From Albugo candida (Eukaryota): DNA of 64,000 bases. Every line of letters begins with the position of its first letter. The stretch's first letter is position 1. The DNA lies in contig JBDOQK010000059.1 in the NCBI GenBank assembly GCA_040437565.1, forward strand, positions 124,001-188,000. The letters are read 5' to 3'. Shown piece after piece: positions 13,020-25,527 of the stretch. The notes under the pieces are model-generated. The model made no database searches, was not told the DNA's origin, and saw only the letters and a program-made list of their open reading frames with translations. Position numbers and translations under genes: made by a program.

Positions 13020-13930
13020 CCAGCACATGCTTCAAAAACATGGAGGCGAGAGGATTTGTGCCGCTATATATTGCACTAGGAGCTTACTAAGGCTACAACG
13101 TTGGCTTCGTCTTTTTTTGGTATCATCATGTGCTGAATGCAAGCGCACCTTGTCACTTGATATTAAAGTACGACAAGATGCACCACGACGTGCATATACT
13201 CGCAAGTTTGCGCCCTATTCTTCCATGAAACATGTTCTCTGGACATGTTCTATGATGCATGCTCTTTTTAGGAAGTACTGGTCAGTACAATTTTCTTCAA
13301 TTGCGTGAATGATGCTAAAGCCGTGCGGAAATGCAGCTACGAGGTCCGGCATCTATATCTATACATGTGGATCCATGCATAGGATTTTTGCTACTATGAA
13401 AAGAATCACTTCTCTGAAGCTGCCCAGACTACAGAAACCAGGTGATAGTGTTCAAAGCACGATAATGCGGCTACGCATATACTCGAAAATTTTGATTGTT
13501 CATGTTGCGGCTGAACTTTTTTTCTGACATGAGAAGAAATCTTGAATCTGCATATATCTGGCGAGTTACAATGGACACGCCGTGTTGGCTTCGACTGGTG
13601 TATCTAGGGTCAGCTGGAGTTCATCGCGATCCAAGAAAACCTGATTGCAGAGAAGTTTTAGCTTAATTGATCAAAAATTGCAGGAATCAACGAATAATAA
13701 TTCTGTTTAAAAAGTAGAGTCCTGCACAATGGTGCGAATACTGATCGAGAAATGGGACAATACAAATGCAACGATCCTTTAAAGTCTTCCAGCCATACCA
13801 TAATCATATTCGCCATGACTTCGCAGCAGGACTGGTATGAAAGATCAAAATAGGTGATGCTATTTGGACTTCAACACCGTCTTTTCATTATTTGGAATTT
13901 TTGAATCATCACTTCGTACGAGTTCTTTCA
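13020..13930 (+). mobile_element. Possible highly degraded Tc1/mariner transposase relic
   Basis: Frameshifted remnants in the expected order: KLPRL, TTTTCTGAC..GAGAAGAAA..AATCTG (resembles FSDEKKFNL), and GTCTTCCAG (VFQ, as in FQQDN). Many stops; no TIRs seen. Confidence 0.35.
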
Positions 13931-14676
13931 GCGCGGTATTGATTGAAAAGCGACAGATTGGCTTGAGTCGAGCGTACAGTCAGCCTGAATGGTCTAATAC
14001 AAAGACGTATCTTCACATAGTATAGACAACTTCATTGTGTTCCCGACATTATCAATATATATACGAGAAAACTCTCCATGAGAGAGTACGGCTATGGAGA
14101 AAGGCTGTCTGAATCGTGATTACCGCAAAAAGTGGTCGGCGAAGTGAGCCTTGATAAGGCTTTTTACTCCATGGCAAAACCATTTTCGTTAACAAATTGA
14201 TCTGAGATAGAACATATCAGAATTAGAATGAATAAAAGTCGAGAATACCTTATCGTATAGTGATTCGCGGGAAGATAAATGAAGCCACCTGATGAGTCAT
14301 GTATTGAAATCTAAAAAAGTATGAGTTTTGTTGTAGCTGTCATCTGATCAGGGTCATGGACCAGGTGCTAAAGTTTTAATCAAATTCGTGACTAATGCAT
14401 GACAAGAAGTATGTGAGTAATTGAAGCGGCAACCCTCTAAGAATGTGAGCTGTCACTTCTTTGGATAGATGACAAAAACGTGCGAGTATATACAAAATGT
14501 TTAATCATTGCATAAGTTGTGCCATTAACTATCTTCACATAAGTCAATTCTACCGTGGTTTTATCCGTTTTTCTCAATGATTGTAGAAATCAGCACAAAG
14601 AAAGATATGTGGTCGTTCTCATCACTTGATGGGGAACAATAAACCAACACCGATAAAAATGAATTGGTGATTACTT

Positions 14677-14693
14677 CTCACTTAAAATTTTGC
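14677..14693 (+). promoter_or_regulatory. Oomycete Inr + FPR core promoter-like motif for PG2
   Basis: CTCACTTAAAATTTTGC about 30-45 nt upstream of ATG 14723. Confidence 0.55.
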
Positions 14694-14722
14694 ACACGCT
14701 AGCACCCGGTCACTTTATAAGC

Positions 14723-15897
14723 ATGAAATTCATCCGTTTAATCCATTTCTACGCATTTGCTGCCATCATTTCCAGCATCAGGGCGGCACCGCCGTCAAGA
14801 TTGGATTGCGAGGTGAAGGGAAAGTATAACCCCAAAACAACAATCGAGAAGTTGGCTACATGCAAGACACTAGTTTTTCAGGATGTGCAGCTTTCTTCGA
14901 ATCAACAACTCAATCTCACGAATCTGAATGGGATAACGATCGAGTTTAACGGGAGTATCACTTTCGCTGTCAGGGTGAGACTACATTCCATCTGTTCAAA
15001 TCTATGATCCGCGTATCTTGCTAACATCGCCTCGTGATATTCTAGCATGATCGGATCAAATTAATGCATATAAGCGGAACACAGTTAAACATCACGGCTT
15101 CACCGTCCGCATGGTTCATCGCGTTTGGTGAGAAGTACTATGATGGTGGAGGCTATTACACCGGACAAATCAAACCCATGTTTGCTATGATTGAAGTCAC
15201 AAATTCCACGCTTACAGGTTTAAAAGTACTTGGCACTCCAGCTCACGCGTTTATGCTCGCAGAATGTCATAACTCCAAGTTCATAAAGTTTGAAGTCGAC
15301 GACTCGGCTGGTGATAAGAATCATCTAGCTAAAAATACGGATGGAATTCACATTTTGCAGTCGTCAAATATCACGATTACAGGCGCCATAATCCACGTTC
15401 AAGATGACTGCGTGTGCATAACATCGGGTTACGATGTGATTATTACTAATATCACATGCACTGGAGGTGGTTTCTCGATAGGGTCAATCGGTAAAAACAG
15501 GATTAATACGGTGGAAAGAGTCACCTTCAGTGCTTCAACTATCACACGTAGTCTGTATGGCCTTCTTATCAAGATATGGCCGAACACTAAAGGCACCGTC
15601 GATCGTGTCACGTTCGAAAATATAGCTCTGAAGGACGTGAAACAGCAAGGCATTGCAATCACAAAAGGTTACACTTTTAAAGGTCTTTATTCCGAACCAA
15701 CACCAGGAGTTACTATCACCAAGTTGGTCATAAGAAATATATCTGGAAACGTCGAGGATAAGGGACAGAGTGTCATGATCAATTGTCCTCGAGGAGAATG
15801 CGGAAATTTCACGTGGAAGAACGTCAAGATCTTGGGCGGAAAAGCGACCCTGATGAAAAGCTCCCTTGCTTTAACCGAGGCCCACTACACACACTAA
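14723..15897 (+). CDS. Secreted GH28 polygalacturonase-like protein PG2 (367 aa, 2 exons)
   Basis: Exon 14723-14974, intron 14975-15045 (GTGAGA..GCTAAC..TAG), exon 15046-15897. Signal peptide; motifs NTDG, QDD, GGGFSIGS, LIK. Confidence 0.9.
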
Positions 15898-18800
15898 CAT
15901 CTGCATTTCTTCATCTTCCCAAAGTTCTTTCATTTGATGGTGCATAATAAATAAAGCGTAAGGCACTGTCTTTCATCCATAAATTATTATAAGTGAGTAA
16001 ACTGAGCTTATCGAGGTAGTGCTCTAGATTGGATCTTCCGAACATGTTTTCAGTATCGGAATGTGCAGAACGTGGGTTTTCATCATGTAGCACACTCATA
16101 CACAGTACAACATCTACATCCGGAGATTCAAAGTGTATTAGTGTAGCAAGCATATGCATAGCCGTAGAACTTGAGGCATTTTCATATGCACGATGAGTCA
16201 AATGGGACGTAATATCTTACAGAAGAGCTGCCGCAACTTTGAACATTCTTGGTGTGTTTTTTATCATCCAAATTTGCGCTTTCCGAAACAATAATTTCGG
16301 ATGAGCATATCAAATTTATCGCACTTTCATCAAAAACAATAGATTTGACTGCATCAGCGCGCAATAAGGTACACCAGTTCAAGAGATACAGCTAGATTAA
16401 TGAGCTTCATATCTTCTGCCACAATTTCATCGTAACGTGGCCAGATTAATCGAATACTTTGGAGATCCGAAGCAGGTCTACACGATGGTGATTCTCTCTT
16501 TAGAATTTTGTCTAGAACCTCTAGTTACTTTTACCGGCGTGTGTGCTTGATGTTGGATGATGAGGAGGCAGACTTTATGACGAAACTTTCCGTACCTGAC
16601 TTCTTAGCTGACTTGGAACTATACGAAATATTCCAGCTGACCAAACAGTGTGTTGCAGTCCTTTACGGTAAACAAATGGGCACGATAAGTTGTACTTTAT
16701 CAACGAGCTATCTGAGATTACATGAATTAGATTACACACAATCGTTTGGTTTTATGAGGTGAGAAAAGTAAAGCCCGATGCTAGGAACGCATTCTAAACG
16801 TGAGCAGAGATCGCTACAGATACCAAGTAGTGCCCCGCTCAATAATACTAAACTATACTAGATAAGAAGTCTCGGTAAAAATTATTTTCGTGGCCTAATG
16901 GCTTTGGAATGAGAACAAAAGTCAAATGTCAGTACGATTAATCCGACTTGTTGAAGAAATGCACTGCTCGAGTAGTGGTATCTCACAGATTTGTTTAAAG
17001 CTGGTCATATTGAGCTGAGTTAAAAGTCGCTGTATTGTAGGAACAGGATACAAATCAAAATATAGATCGGAAGTCAAATCGCCAAAGGCTATCTCACTTG
17101 TCACAGTGTGGCAGATTATGCCAGGCGAAATTGACCCACTCGGCATTTTGCACATATTTCAACCCAGCCAACCTCGATATCCATATGATTGTAATTCCGA
17201 GTGTGAAACGATCGAGCACCATGGTAGTAGTGCTCCCGACGCAAGCAATAGAAATACGGAGCCAACTTAGGCGTATTTTTAAGTGAGTACTTGTAGGCTC
17301 AACGATGAAGTAGCCAATAGCCCTCGTGGTTACCATGATGCTGAGCACACTTTGTATCGCGCTATATCATGCCGATGCAAAAACCTATCATCTGTCACAA
17401 AATGATGCGAGTCAGCCGCCAGGTTGCTGTCTCATTTGTCGTCTTCGCCGATGGATACGATAGAACTTCACGATTATTGGCGACAGCACTAGAAAAAGTA
17501 TGCTGCTCCTTATGTCTCTGCAAACCATCATAGCGATTATCGTAATCGCACACGTGGCAAGACTACATCAATTCCGTCTGTGTTGGAGGCATGTTCATTC
17601 ACGTGTCATTGTTGACGTTCAACAACGTTCTTGGTGCTTCATGATCGCTTAAAACCAAAAGACATGGATATGTGCACTCGAGGCGTTGAGATTGTAGAAC
17701 TGAGAGTCGACTCGACGAAAAGAAAGATGAAAGCTACTCCACATCAGATCCTTTTTCACTAAGTTGCATTCAAATACGCATGCAAGTGAAATGATGGCCA
17801 CTGGCAACGTGTGCCAATCATGTTCCTACTTTAGCAAATAATGGATAGAATGCAACGTTCCCGCACACTTGTACCTTGCATGATCAATTTGTTACCCACC
17901 AGGTATCATCAAATCTGTAAATGTTAAGTTGAGTACGAAAAGAGTTTCGATTGTGTTTGTTTCAGCACCCAAGATTCCAGAATGAGACATTCGTCTTAAG
18001 CTTGTGCTTGTGTGTAATTTATCAGCAAAACCAAATACTGCTCTGAGACGCAAATCATGGTATGTAATTGACTCCAAACAACTGTCTCTGCTTCCTTATC
18101 CTTCGGTACTTTCAGTTTTAATGTAGCAGGATGAATCCAGCACGGTCGATGTTTTGCAGCGTTTAACTTTATGATTGTAGCCTCGTTGTTTTGACCGAAA
18201 AGGTATGCAGGGTTATGCTAATTTCTTCATTCTTGGGTGAGTCAGCAGGAAAAAAAACTTTGGCTTATGCGGAAGAGATCTTAGCTCACCTCAATTCTAG
18301 CTAAAGACATCACCCGTGGTTAACAAATCATATCCTCTAGGGTATGAATCACAAAAGTGCAAATTGGTAAGTTAGTCAGCCCCTCGTGTGCTTTTTACTT
18401 TGACCTTAATCATTAAGAGAAGACTCTGTCTGTGCTGTAATTTATAGTCTCGAAGATGCCATCGAATGAGTGATAGGCGCTTACCACATCTTATGGACTA
18501 ACGAATCTCATGATTTTCACCCATGCGACCATGTGCGTGCATCAAACGTAAGCGAGTATAAAGCCATTCGCGAGAAAAACTAATGGTAAGGGAAGAAGAT
18601 GTACACAAGAAATATTAAAAGCGGAAGATATCGATGTATGTGATGAAAATTACAACAGGATTCGTCATAGGTTGGCAGTGGTAATGGTGTAGACGAAAAT
18701 GGTGATGTCATGGCTCCTGGTTTTGCGGAAACTATCATAAACGCTTGTAAGGCTGTCTTATGTGCCCGCACCACGTACGGAGAATCCAAAAACATGCATT

Positions 18801-20121
18801 CCAATGATGCATATAATCAATATGTTCTTTGGAAGGCATGTCAAAATGTCGTATCTCACTTGTTGGCGAGACTTTTGCACCCCGTCCAACAACTCGCAGT
18901 AATGCGAGCATTATCCCTCGGCTTTCATATGCTTCAATTTCAATAAATATTAGAACCACTTGGGAAACGAGCACATCCCTTGATAGAGAAGCTACCAGCA
19001 CACACAAACGGGTGGGAAAGCGAAAATATAAAGCAGTTTATAAAGTGACATTGTAGAAAAATTAGCAACAGTTGATATTGGACGAGAGTATCATCACTGC
19101 CCCGACGGAGTCGTAGAGTGCATCTCAACATCAGAAACAAGAGAGAGCTATATCTAATTCTCGGATCCATGACACAATGCATATAGTACACTTCAGACTT
19201 TTGTTACTTATTCATACAACGTGACTGGAGGGATAACGTTTCCCAAGATGAAGTGATAGGAGACAATCGTATATCACTGAGTCAATCTCGTTCAAGACAT
19301 GCGGAAGCATCCAGCCCGTTTCAGAATATACGTGATTGCTCGAGTATTGCTGTCTTCTATTATCTCCTACAGGATACGATTGTTCCAGTACCAGTTGAAC
19401 GTGATGGACGGCCTGTCTACATCCTTCATCTCAGTTTTGGCGATTGATGCTAAGCAAAGTCAATCACGCAGTATGTCGCAATGGCAGAAGCTCAGTCAAT
19501 TTATCAAATCATTCAGGGACGCCTCGCACACTCAATGAATTAGGTTAAAACCGCTACATTATCAGTTACCCTGGTCAATGCGACCATATCTAAGACGTCA
19601 ATCGAGCCACATTATCAGTTGATTAAACGGAGTGACTATAGAATTCACTCTGCGCAAGAAACACGAGGAGCAGAAAACATTACCGGTCTAATTAGAAGAT
19701 AAGTATGCCAATGCTGTGCGTCGAAGGAGACTGAATGATATGGTAGATAATGATGCAAGGTGCGATAACATGGACTGCAATGTCTGCAAAATGTGATGCA
19801 CCTATTTGAAAGTTGTATATTTCCTCGGCTTCTTTGTCTTGTACGCTAAATTTTCATGCGACATCAGTAATATCATAAAAGGTTTTTATTGTGTCCAATT
19901 CTAAATCCCGAAATGAAGCAATCTGGCAAACTCTTTGAATAGTAGAATGTTCTACCGATAAACAGTGCGTGTTAAAACCACCCTACTAGTCGCGCTTGCA
20001 TTCAAACACTGGCAGCTTACATCACTACTGCTACACCGCACTTGCTAGTCTAAATTCACACAGAAAAGGTCGATTATGATACTTACCAGCTGAGTAGGTA
20101 TTCGCTAATGCGCATTTTATC

Positions 20122-21637
20122 ATGCAAACCGTCAGATGATTGTATATCTTCGTGTCAATAAGTTCAGCCTCAGCGGGGATCAGTCCGAATGCGTATGGAG
20201 GGAATGCGGCATAGATATAGTATCGGATGAGAGTAAGAGAGGCTCTGGGTAGACGTATGTCGCCTGTAGCGAATTAAAAACATGTCACCAGTTAGCCTTG
20301 AAATAGCCAGCGTGAAGGACTCGCTCTTTTCAATAAATGAAATGATGTAAATGGTGTCTGGCATGCAGTTCTCTTCGAAAGAAGTGGCATTACAATATTA
20401 AAAAACAGTCTGCATGAACACATGAGCATCAACACATGGCGTCAAGCATCAGCATTACGATATCTCTGTAGAGGTATATATCAATAAATCGCAGAGTCTA
20501 GCAGAATGAACGATTATGCTGTATTCTTCTGACTTGAAAAAGCCTTCTCCAAGCTGTATCAGCTGTGTCGCTTGAGTTGGTCCATCATTCTGATATACTA
20601 TTTGCATAGTCAATCCATCATGTAAATAAGAAATCTTTCGTCACACAATGTTCCGAGTCAATCAGCATCTGTCCACATTGAAAGCGGCACACATCAACTC
20701 TGCTCCTGTGACTCCCTTTCTTGTATTACGTACGTCTTTCTACTTTCGATATTTGTCTTTAATAGAGTTACTGCTCATACACTCCCGCTTGTAGCTATTC
20801 TGACATCTTTTGTACTCAATCATTTCATCNNNNNNNNNNNNNNNNNNNNNNNNNNNNNNNNNNNNNNNNNNNNNNNNNNNNNNNNNNNNNNNNNNNNNNN
20901 NNNNNNNNNNNNNNNNNNNNNNNNNNNNNATGCAAACCGTCAGATGATTGTATATCTTCGTGTCAATAAGTTCAGCCTCAGCGGGGATCAGTCCGAATGC
21001 GTATGGAGGGAATGCGGCATAGATATAGTATCGGATGAGAGTAAGAGAGGCTCTGGGTAGACGTATGTCGCCTGTAGCGAATTAAAAACATGTCACCAGT
21101 TAGCCTTGAAATAGCCAGCGTGAAGGACTCGCTCTTTTCAATAAATGAAATGATGTAAATGGTGTCTGGCATGCAGTTCTCTTCGAAAGAAGTGGCATTA
21201 CAATATTAAAAAACAGTCTGCATGAACACATGAGCATCAACACATGGCGTCAAGCATCAGCATTACGATATCTCTGTAGAGGTATATATCAATAAATCGC
21301 AGAGTCTAGCAGAATGAACGATTATGCTGTATTCTTCTGACTTGAAAAAGCCTTCTCCAAGCTGTATCAGCTGTGTCGCTTGAGTTGGTCCATCATTCTG
21401 ATATACTATTTGCATAGTCAATCCATCATGTAAATAAGAAATCTTTCGTCACACAATGTTCCGAGTCAATCAGCATCTGTCCACATTGAAAGCGGCACAC
21501 ATCAACTCTGCTCCTGTGACTCCCTTTCTTGTATTACGTACGTCTTTCTACTTTCGATATTTGTCTTTAATAGAGTTACTGCTCATACACTCCCGCTTGT
21601 AGCTATTCTGACATCTTTTGTACTCAATCATTTCATC
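20122..21637. repeat. Gap-flank duplication: 20122-20829 repeated at 20930-21637
   Basis: 708-bp copies around N 20830-20929. Confidence 0.9.
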
Positions 21638-21898
21638 GTATTCGGTACTTACATTTCTATATCGGTAAAGCGAGAAGGATACCCAAAGCGATTCCTTATG
21701 CGAAAAGGAATCAATAATGCTGCGGCACACGAACGGCCATGCATCTCAAACCCAAAGTCATCGTTTAACAAGAACATTATGACATCAAGACGTGTATTAG
21801 CTCATTAGAGGTATTTCAAAACATAAAAAGATACCCTGTAGCTTGTAATGAACAGCATTCTGGAATCATGACATGTAAACCAGGCTGAAACAATACAC

Positions 21899-23081
21899 TC
21901 ACTTACGAGGGAGTCCGAGCCCGGGTGGAGCATTTTTGTTTGGAATCTTGTTTACACCACCTGTAACTGTGACACCCGACCACTGAAAGTGCGTACAAGA
22001 TGTTGGTGACCCACAAGAGATCAGTACATTCTGTGCTTTCGGAACCACATTTCCAGTTACTTTTGTCAAAAATATGTTCGTGATGGTGACTCCATCGGTA
22101 GGGGTTCCAGTGATGTCAGCACCCGTGAAGCCTTGCGTAACAGCAATGCCGAACATTTTGATATCCTTCAATGTGATATCTTCGAATGTAATGCCGTCGA
22201 CATTTCCCTTCCCTCCAATAGACGTCTTGATAAGAACACCATACAAGCTATCTGTGATAGTCGACTGACTAAACCTGATATTGCGAACTTCATTTGCGTT
22301 CTTATTTTTTCCTATTGAACCGACCGAGAGTCCACCACCAATAGAAGTGATATCGGTTATGTTCACGTCGTATCCCGATGCTATGACCACGGCGTCATCT
22401 TGATTATTGATTACGGCCCCTTGGATGTTAATATGATTCGATTGCAAAATGTGGATCCCATCCGTGTTTGCAGCTTTTTTATTAGGGTTGAGATTACCTT
22501 CTGAATCGTCAACCTTGAAGTTTTTGAAGGTGGAATGGTTCGAGCATGCGATCAAATACGCGTGAATTGGAGTATTACGTACTTTCAGACCATCCAGTAT
22601 GGAATCTTGGACTTCAATCATAGCAAACATAGGTTTTATAATCTTGCTCTCACACCCTTCGCCATCCCAGTATTGAGGGCCATTTGCGTCAAACCATGCA
22701 TTCCCAGAAGCCGAGATGGTCACTTTGCTTCCCTTAATATGCAACAATTTTTCTTGATTATGCTACAGAAACAAAAGTCAATAAGAGGGACGTGTAATGG
22801 CCAATGTAATAAGGAAGAAGTCTCACCCTGACATCGAAAGTTATGTTGCCATTGAATTGGATATCTTGCCCGGGTCGTAGAGTCGTAAGATTGAGTTGAT
22901 GCTTCGCTAAAACTCGCAAATAATTGAATTTCACTGTCATGCAATCTTGCAGTGCTTTGTTTGTCTTTGTGGGGTTGTAAATTCCCTCAATGACACAAGT
23001 TCCGGTCGATTTCGCATTGTTGGCGTTGTTCGATGTGATTGCCATTGAGGCGAAAACATGTAAAACTCGGATCAAATTCAT
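21899..23081 (-). CDS. Secreted GH28 polygalacturonase-like protein PG3 (372 aa, 2 exons)
   Basis: Exon 23081-22827, intron 22826-22763 (GTGAGA..TAG, same position as in PG2), exon 22762-21899. Motifs NTDG, QDD, GGGLSVGS, LIK. Confidence 0.9.
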
Positions 23082-23112
23082 CTCTCTTAAGCGGTCGGAT
23101 GCCTAGTGTCCA

Positions 23113-23129
23113 GTAAATTGTAAAATGAG
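23113..23129 (-). promoter_or_regulatory. Oomycete Inr + FPR core promoter-like motif for PG3
   Basis: CTCATTTTACAATTTAC on the minus strand about 30-50 nt upstream of ATG 23081. Confidence 0.6.
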
Positions 23130-23747
23130 GAGTAAAAAGTGAAAAGCAGAAAGTAAAGTGCAGGATACATTAGTTCCAAAAACAGCTGAAAGTAAGCTAC
23201 TCCCAGCAAGTTGGTACGTGTGTCTACTTTTGCGCGTTTTCTATGAAAATCTGAGGAAGATCATGCACGTCAGCATAGTGTGTAGAAAGCTGTTCTAAGC
23301 TGTAAATAGAGTACAGTGTGGTCGGGATACGACATGCATCAGATGCTCGTGCTTTTTTTTAACGCACGTAAGACTACGCCACGGCTGACAACCTTACAGA
23401 ATGGTCAGTTATCGAAACAGATGGCAGTAGTTTCCCGCCTTGTGCTACTGACGCATGTCTAATAACGATGTAAAGTGCACCGCAAACGCCATTTTAGATC
23501 AGTAAATATTTTCATAATTTATCATATGCTCGGGGGGTACCTGATACCAAACTGTATCAATCAATAAAGGAGTATGCATATCAGAGTTTTTGTGCGAGGA
23601 CTTTGCGATCATCATTAAGTCAGTCATAATTCAAATAGTTATTAAAAAAGCTTTATTGTGGCGTCACGATGGAAAGTGCTGTACAGTGAGAGAAAATAAT
23701 GTTATGTATGGTCGATGCCACAGTCAAAGTACGTTCTTTACTTGATG

Positions 23748-25430
23748 TTATTCTTCCTCGAGTTTAGCTAGCTTCTCCTTTCCACTTTTTCGCGAACGCT
23801 TCTTTTTAGATTTCTCTTTCTTACCTTCTTGTTCATCAGCTCCTCCTTCCGAGTCTTCTTCGCCACTTAAGCTTTCATCGCTGTAGTCTGCAGAGGATAC
23901 GTCTGAGACTTCACCAGGACCAAAATCAGAATCTTCTTCTTCATCTTCATCCTCAATCTCCCCTTCTTCTGGTCCCAGCTGTTGCAAATATTCATCGAAA
24001 CCTCGCTTCTTCGAGGGTGTGTTTGGCTGTGTGGTTTCTTTCAGATTACGAATTCGAAGCTTTTTAGAGCTAAGAAACTGACTCAATTCAGGAAACTCAC
24101 GACGATCGATTGCAGAAAAGAGAATTTCACGAGCTGGTTCACTTCCAACTGACTTGCAGGAGACCAGTAAGTCAAAATTTCGACTTGCTGTTGATCCTGT
24201 TTGCCCCGCATACCGCTGAAACTCCACAAATTCGATCTCCTCATACCGAATGAAGGTTGTTGGCTTATGTATAAACATGAAAGACTTCTCAAGCGGGAAA
24301 AGCACTCCACTTTGTGCTTTCACTGCACACTTTAACGCTCTATCGCCACTATGGGTCTTGAACTTACCCGACGTGTACACCTTCTTCCCAATCACAAATT
24401 TGAAGATCGTGGCGACAATTTGTGGAAGTGCCCCCGACATACGCTCGTGTATATTCCCATTGTACTTTTGTATTTCTTGTGTGCTCAAATTCACATCGAT
24501 ATGAACGTCTTCTTTACTTAATTGTAGCACCAAATGCGGGTATCCTTGTTTTCCCTGTCGAATTGGCTCCTCCAAGCTTATGACAAAGGCTGTATTAAGA
24601 CCGTTCGGAAGTTCCAGCAAAAAACAGCGATTGATGTTGGAGTACATAATTTTATAGTCGAACGTTTTTCCGTGCATCCGCAAGAAGGAGCCATATATCT
24701 CGACACCATAACGACCACGAGGGGTCAAAAATGTTCCTATACTTTCATCCAATTCCACGATCGATTTTCCAGTAACGTTTCGAATATTGGCACGATGCAA
24801 TACTTCATCTCGGAACGCTTCGGCACTGTAAAGCATCTCAGACTGTGAAGAATCTTTCTTTGCTGGATTTTCTGATCCATCAACATCTTCGTCCTGCATG
24901 GAGCTACTGAATGCGCTAGAGGGAGGAAGATATAATCGCATTTCTACCAAAGTCTCTTCATCTCCAGCCACAGTATCATCCTCATGAAATTGTAGCTCCA
25001 CCTCATTTTTACCAGGCAAAGCACATTGAGAGATTGACTCTAATGGAATTTCCAGAATACTTGCAGCTTTAATGTCTTGGAATGTCAAATTTGGCCCTTC
25101 AAATTTCATTTGTCCCCAGTTTCCACCAAGACTTGCGACCTTATCTTGTTCGAGAGCTCGATCAAAGTATTTTTCTACATGTCCTTGCAATTTGTCAATG
25201 TCTTGAGCTTTTAAATTCGTAAATCGGACATATTTGCCTCCTTTTTGGTAGACCTTTAAATGATGCGCCTTCTCTCCCATCGGCGTATAGAGCAGCGTTA
25301 CAATTTCATCTTTTGTTACTTTCTTTTGCGCTTCTGTTCTTATTGATCTCCAAATCAAACCAGAAGATGATAGCACCAAAACTCCATCGCTATGGCCCCA
25401 AAACACGTTGCTAAGCATCATTTCCGTCAT
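23748..25430 (-). CDS. SSRP1: FACT complex subunit SSRP1/Pob3 (no HMG box)
   Basis: Contains GGNWG, KNEVELQFH, FLTPRGRYGV, GKTFDYKI, PIRQGKQGYPHLV and LFPLEKSFMFIHKP, then an acidic tail followed by a basic tail. Confidence 0.95.
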   Translation of the reverse strand: MTEMMLSNVFWGHSDGVLVLSSSGLIWRSIRTEAQKKVTKDEIVTLLYTPMGEKAHHLKVYQKGGKYVRFTNLKAQDIDKLQGHVEKYFDRALEQDKVASLGGNWGQMKFEGPNLTFQDIKAASILEIPLESISQCALPGKNEVELQFHEDDTVAGDEETLVEMRLYLPPSSAFSSSMQDEDVDGSENPAKKDSSQSEMLYSAEAFRDEVLHRANIRNVTGKSIVELDESIGTFLTPRGRYGVEIYGSFLRMHGKTFDYKIMYSNINRCFLLELPNGLNTAFVISLEEPIRQGKQGYPHLVLQLSKEDVHIDVNLSTQEIQKYNGNIHERMSGALPQIVATIFKFVIGKKVYTSGKFKTHSGDRALKCAVKAQSGVLFPLEKSFMFIHKPTTFIRYEEIEFVEFQRYAGQTGSTASRNFDLLVSCKSVGSEPAREILFSAIDRREFPELSQFLSSKKLRIRNLKETTQPNTPSKKRGFDEYLQQLGPEEGEIEDEDEEEDSDFGPGEVSDVSSADYSDESLSGEEDSEGGADEQEGKKEKSKKKRSRKSGKEKLAKLEEE

Positions 25431-25527
25431 TTTGATCGACTGATTATTTATTGGTCGAAATGTCACCGTGCCACTTGATCCTGTCGAATAAAGCGCTCCA
25501 CGATAGGCGATGAATTTCTATCACGAT

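Noticed and set aside
15911-21730. Many 60-96 aa ORFs between PG2 and PG3
   Set aside because: No motifs, signal peptides or consistent exon chains; treated as non-coding or decayed sequence.
23748-23950. Missing HMG box in SSRP1
   Set aside because: HMG-less Pob3-type proteins are known (e.g. yeast Pob3), so this is not novel.
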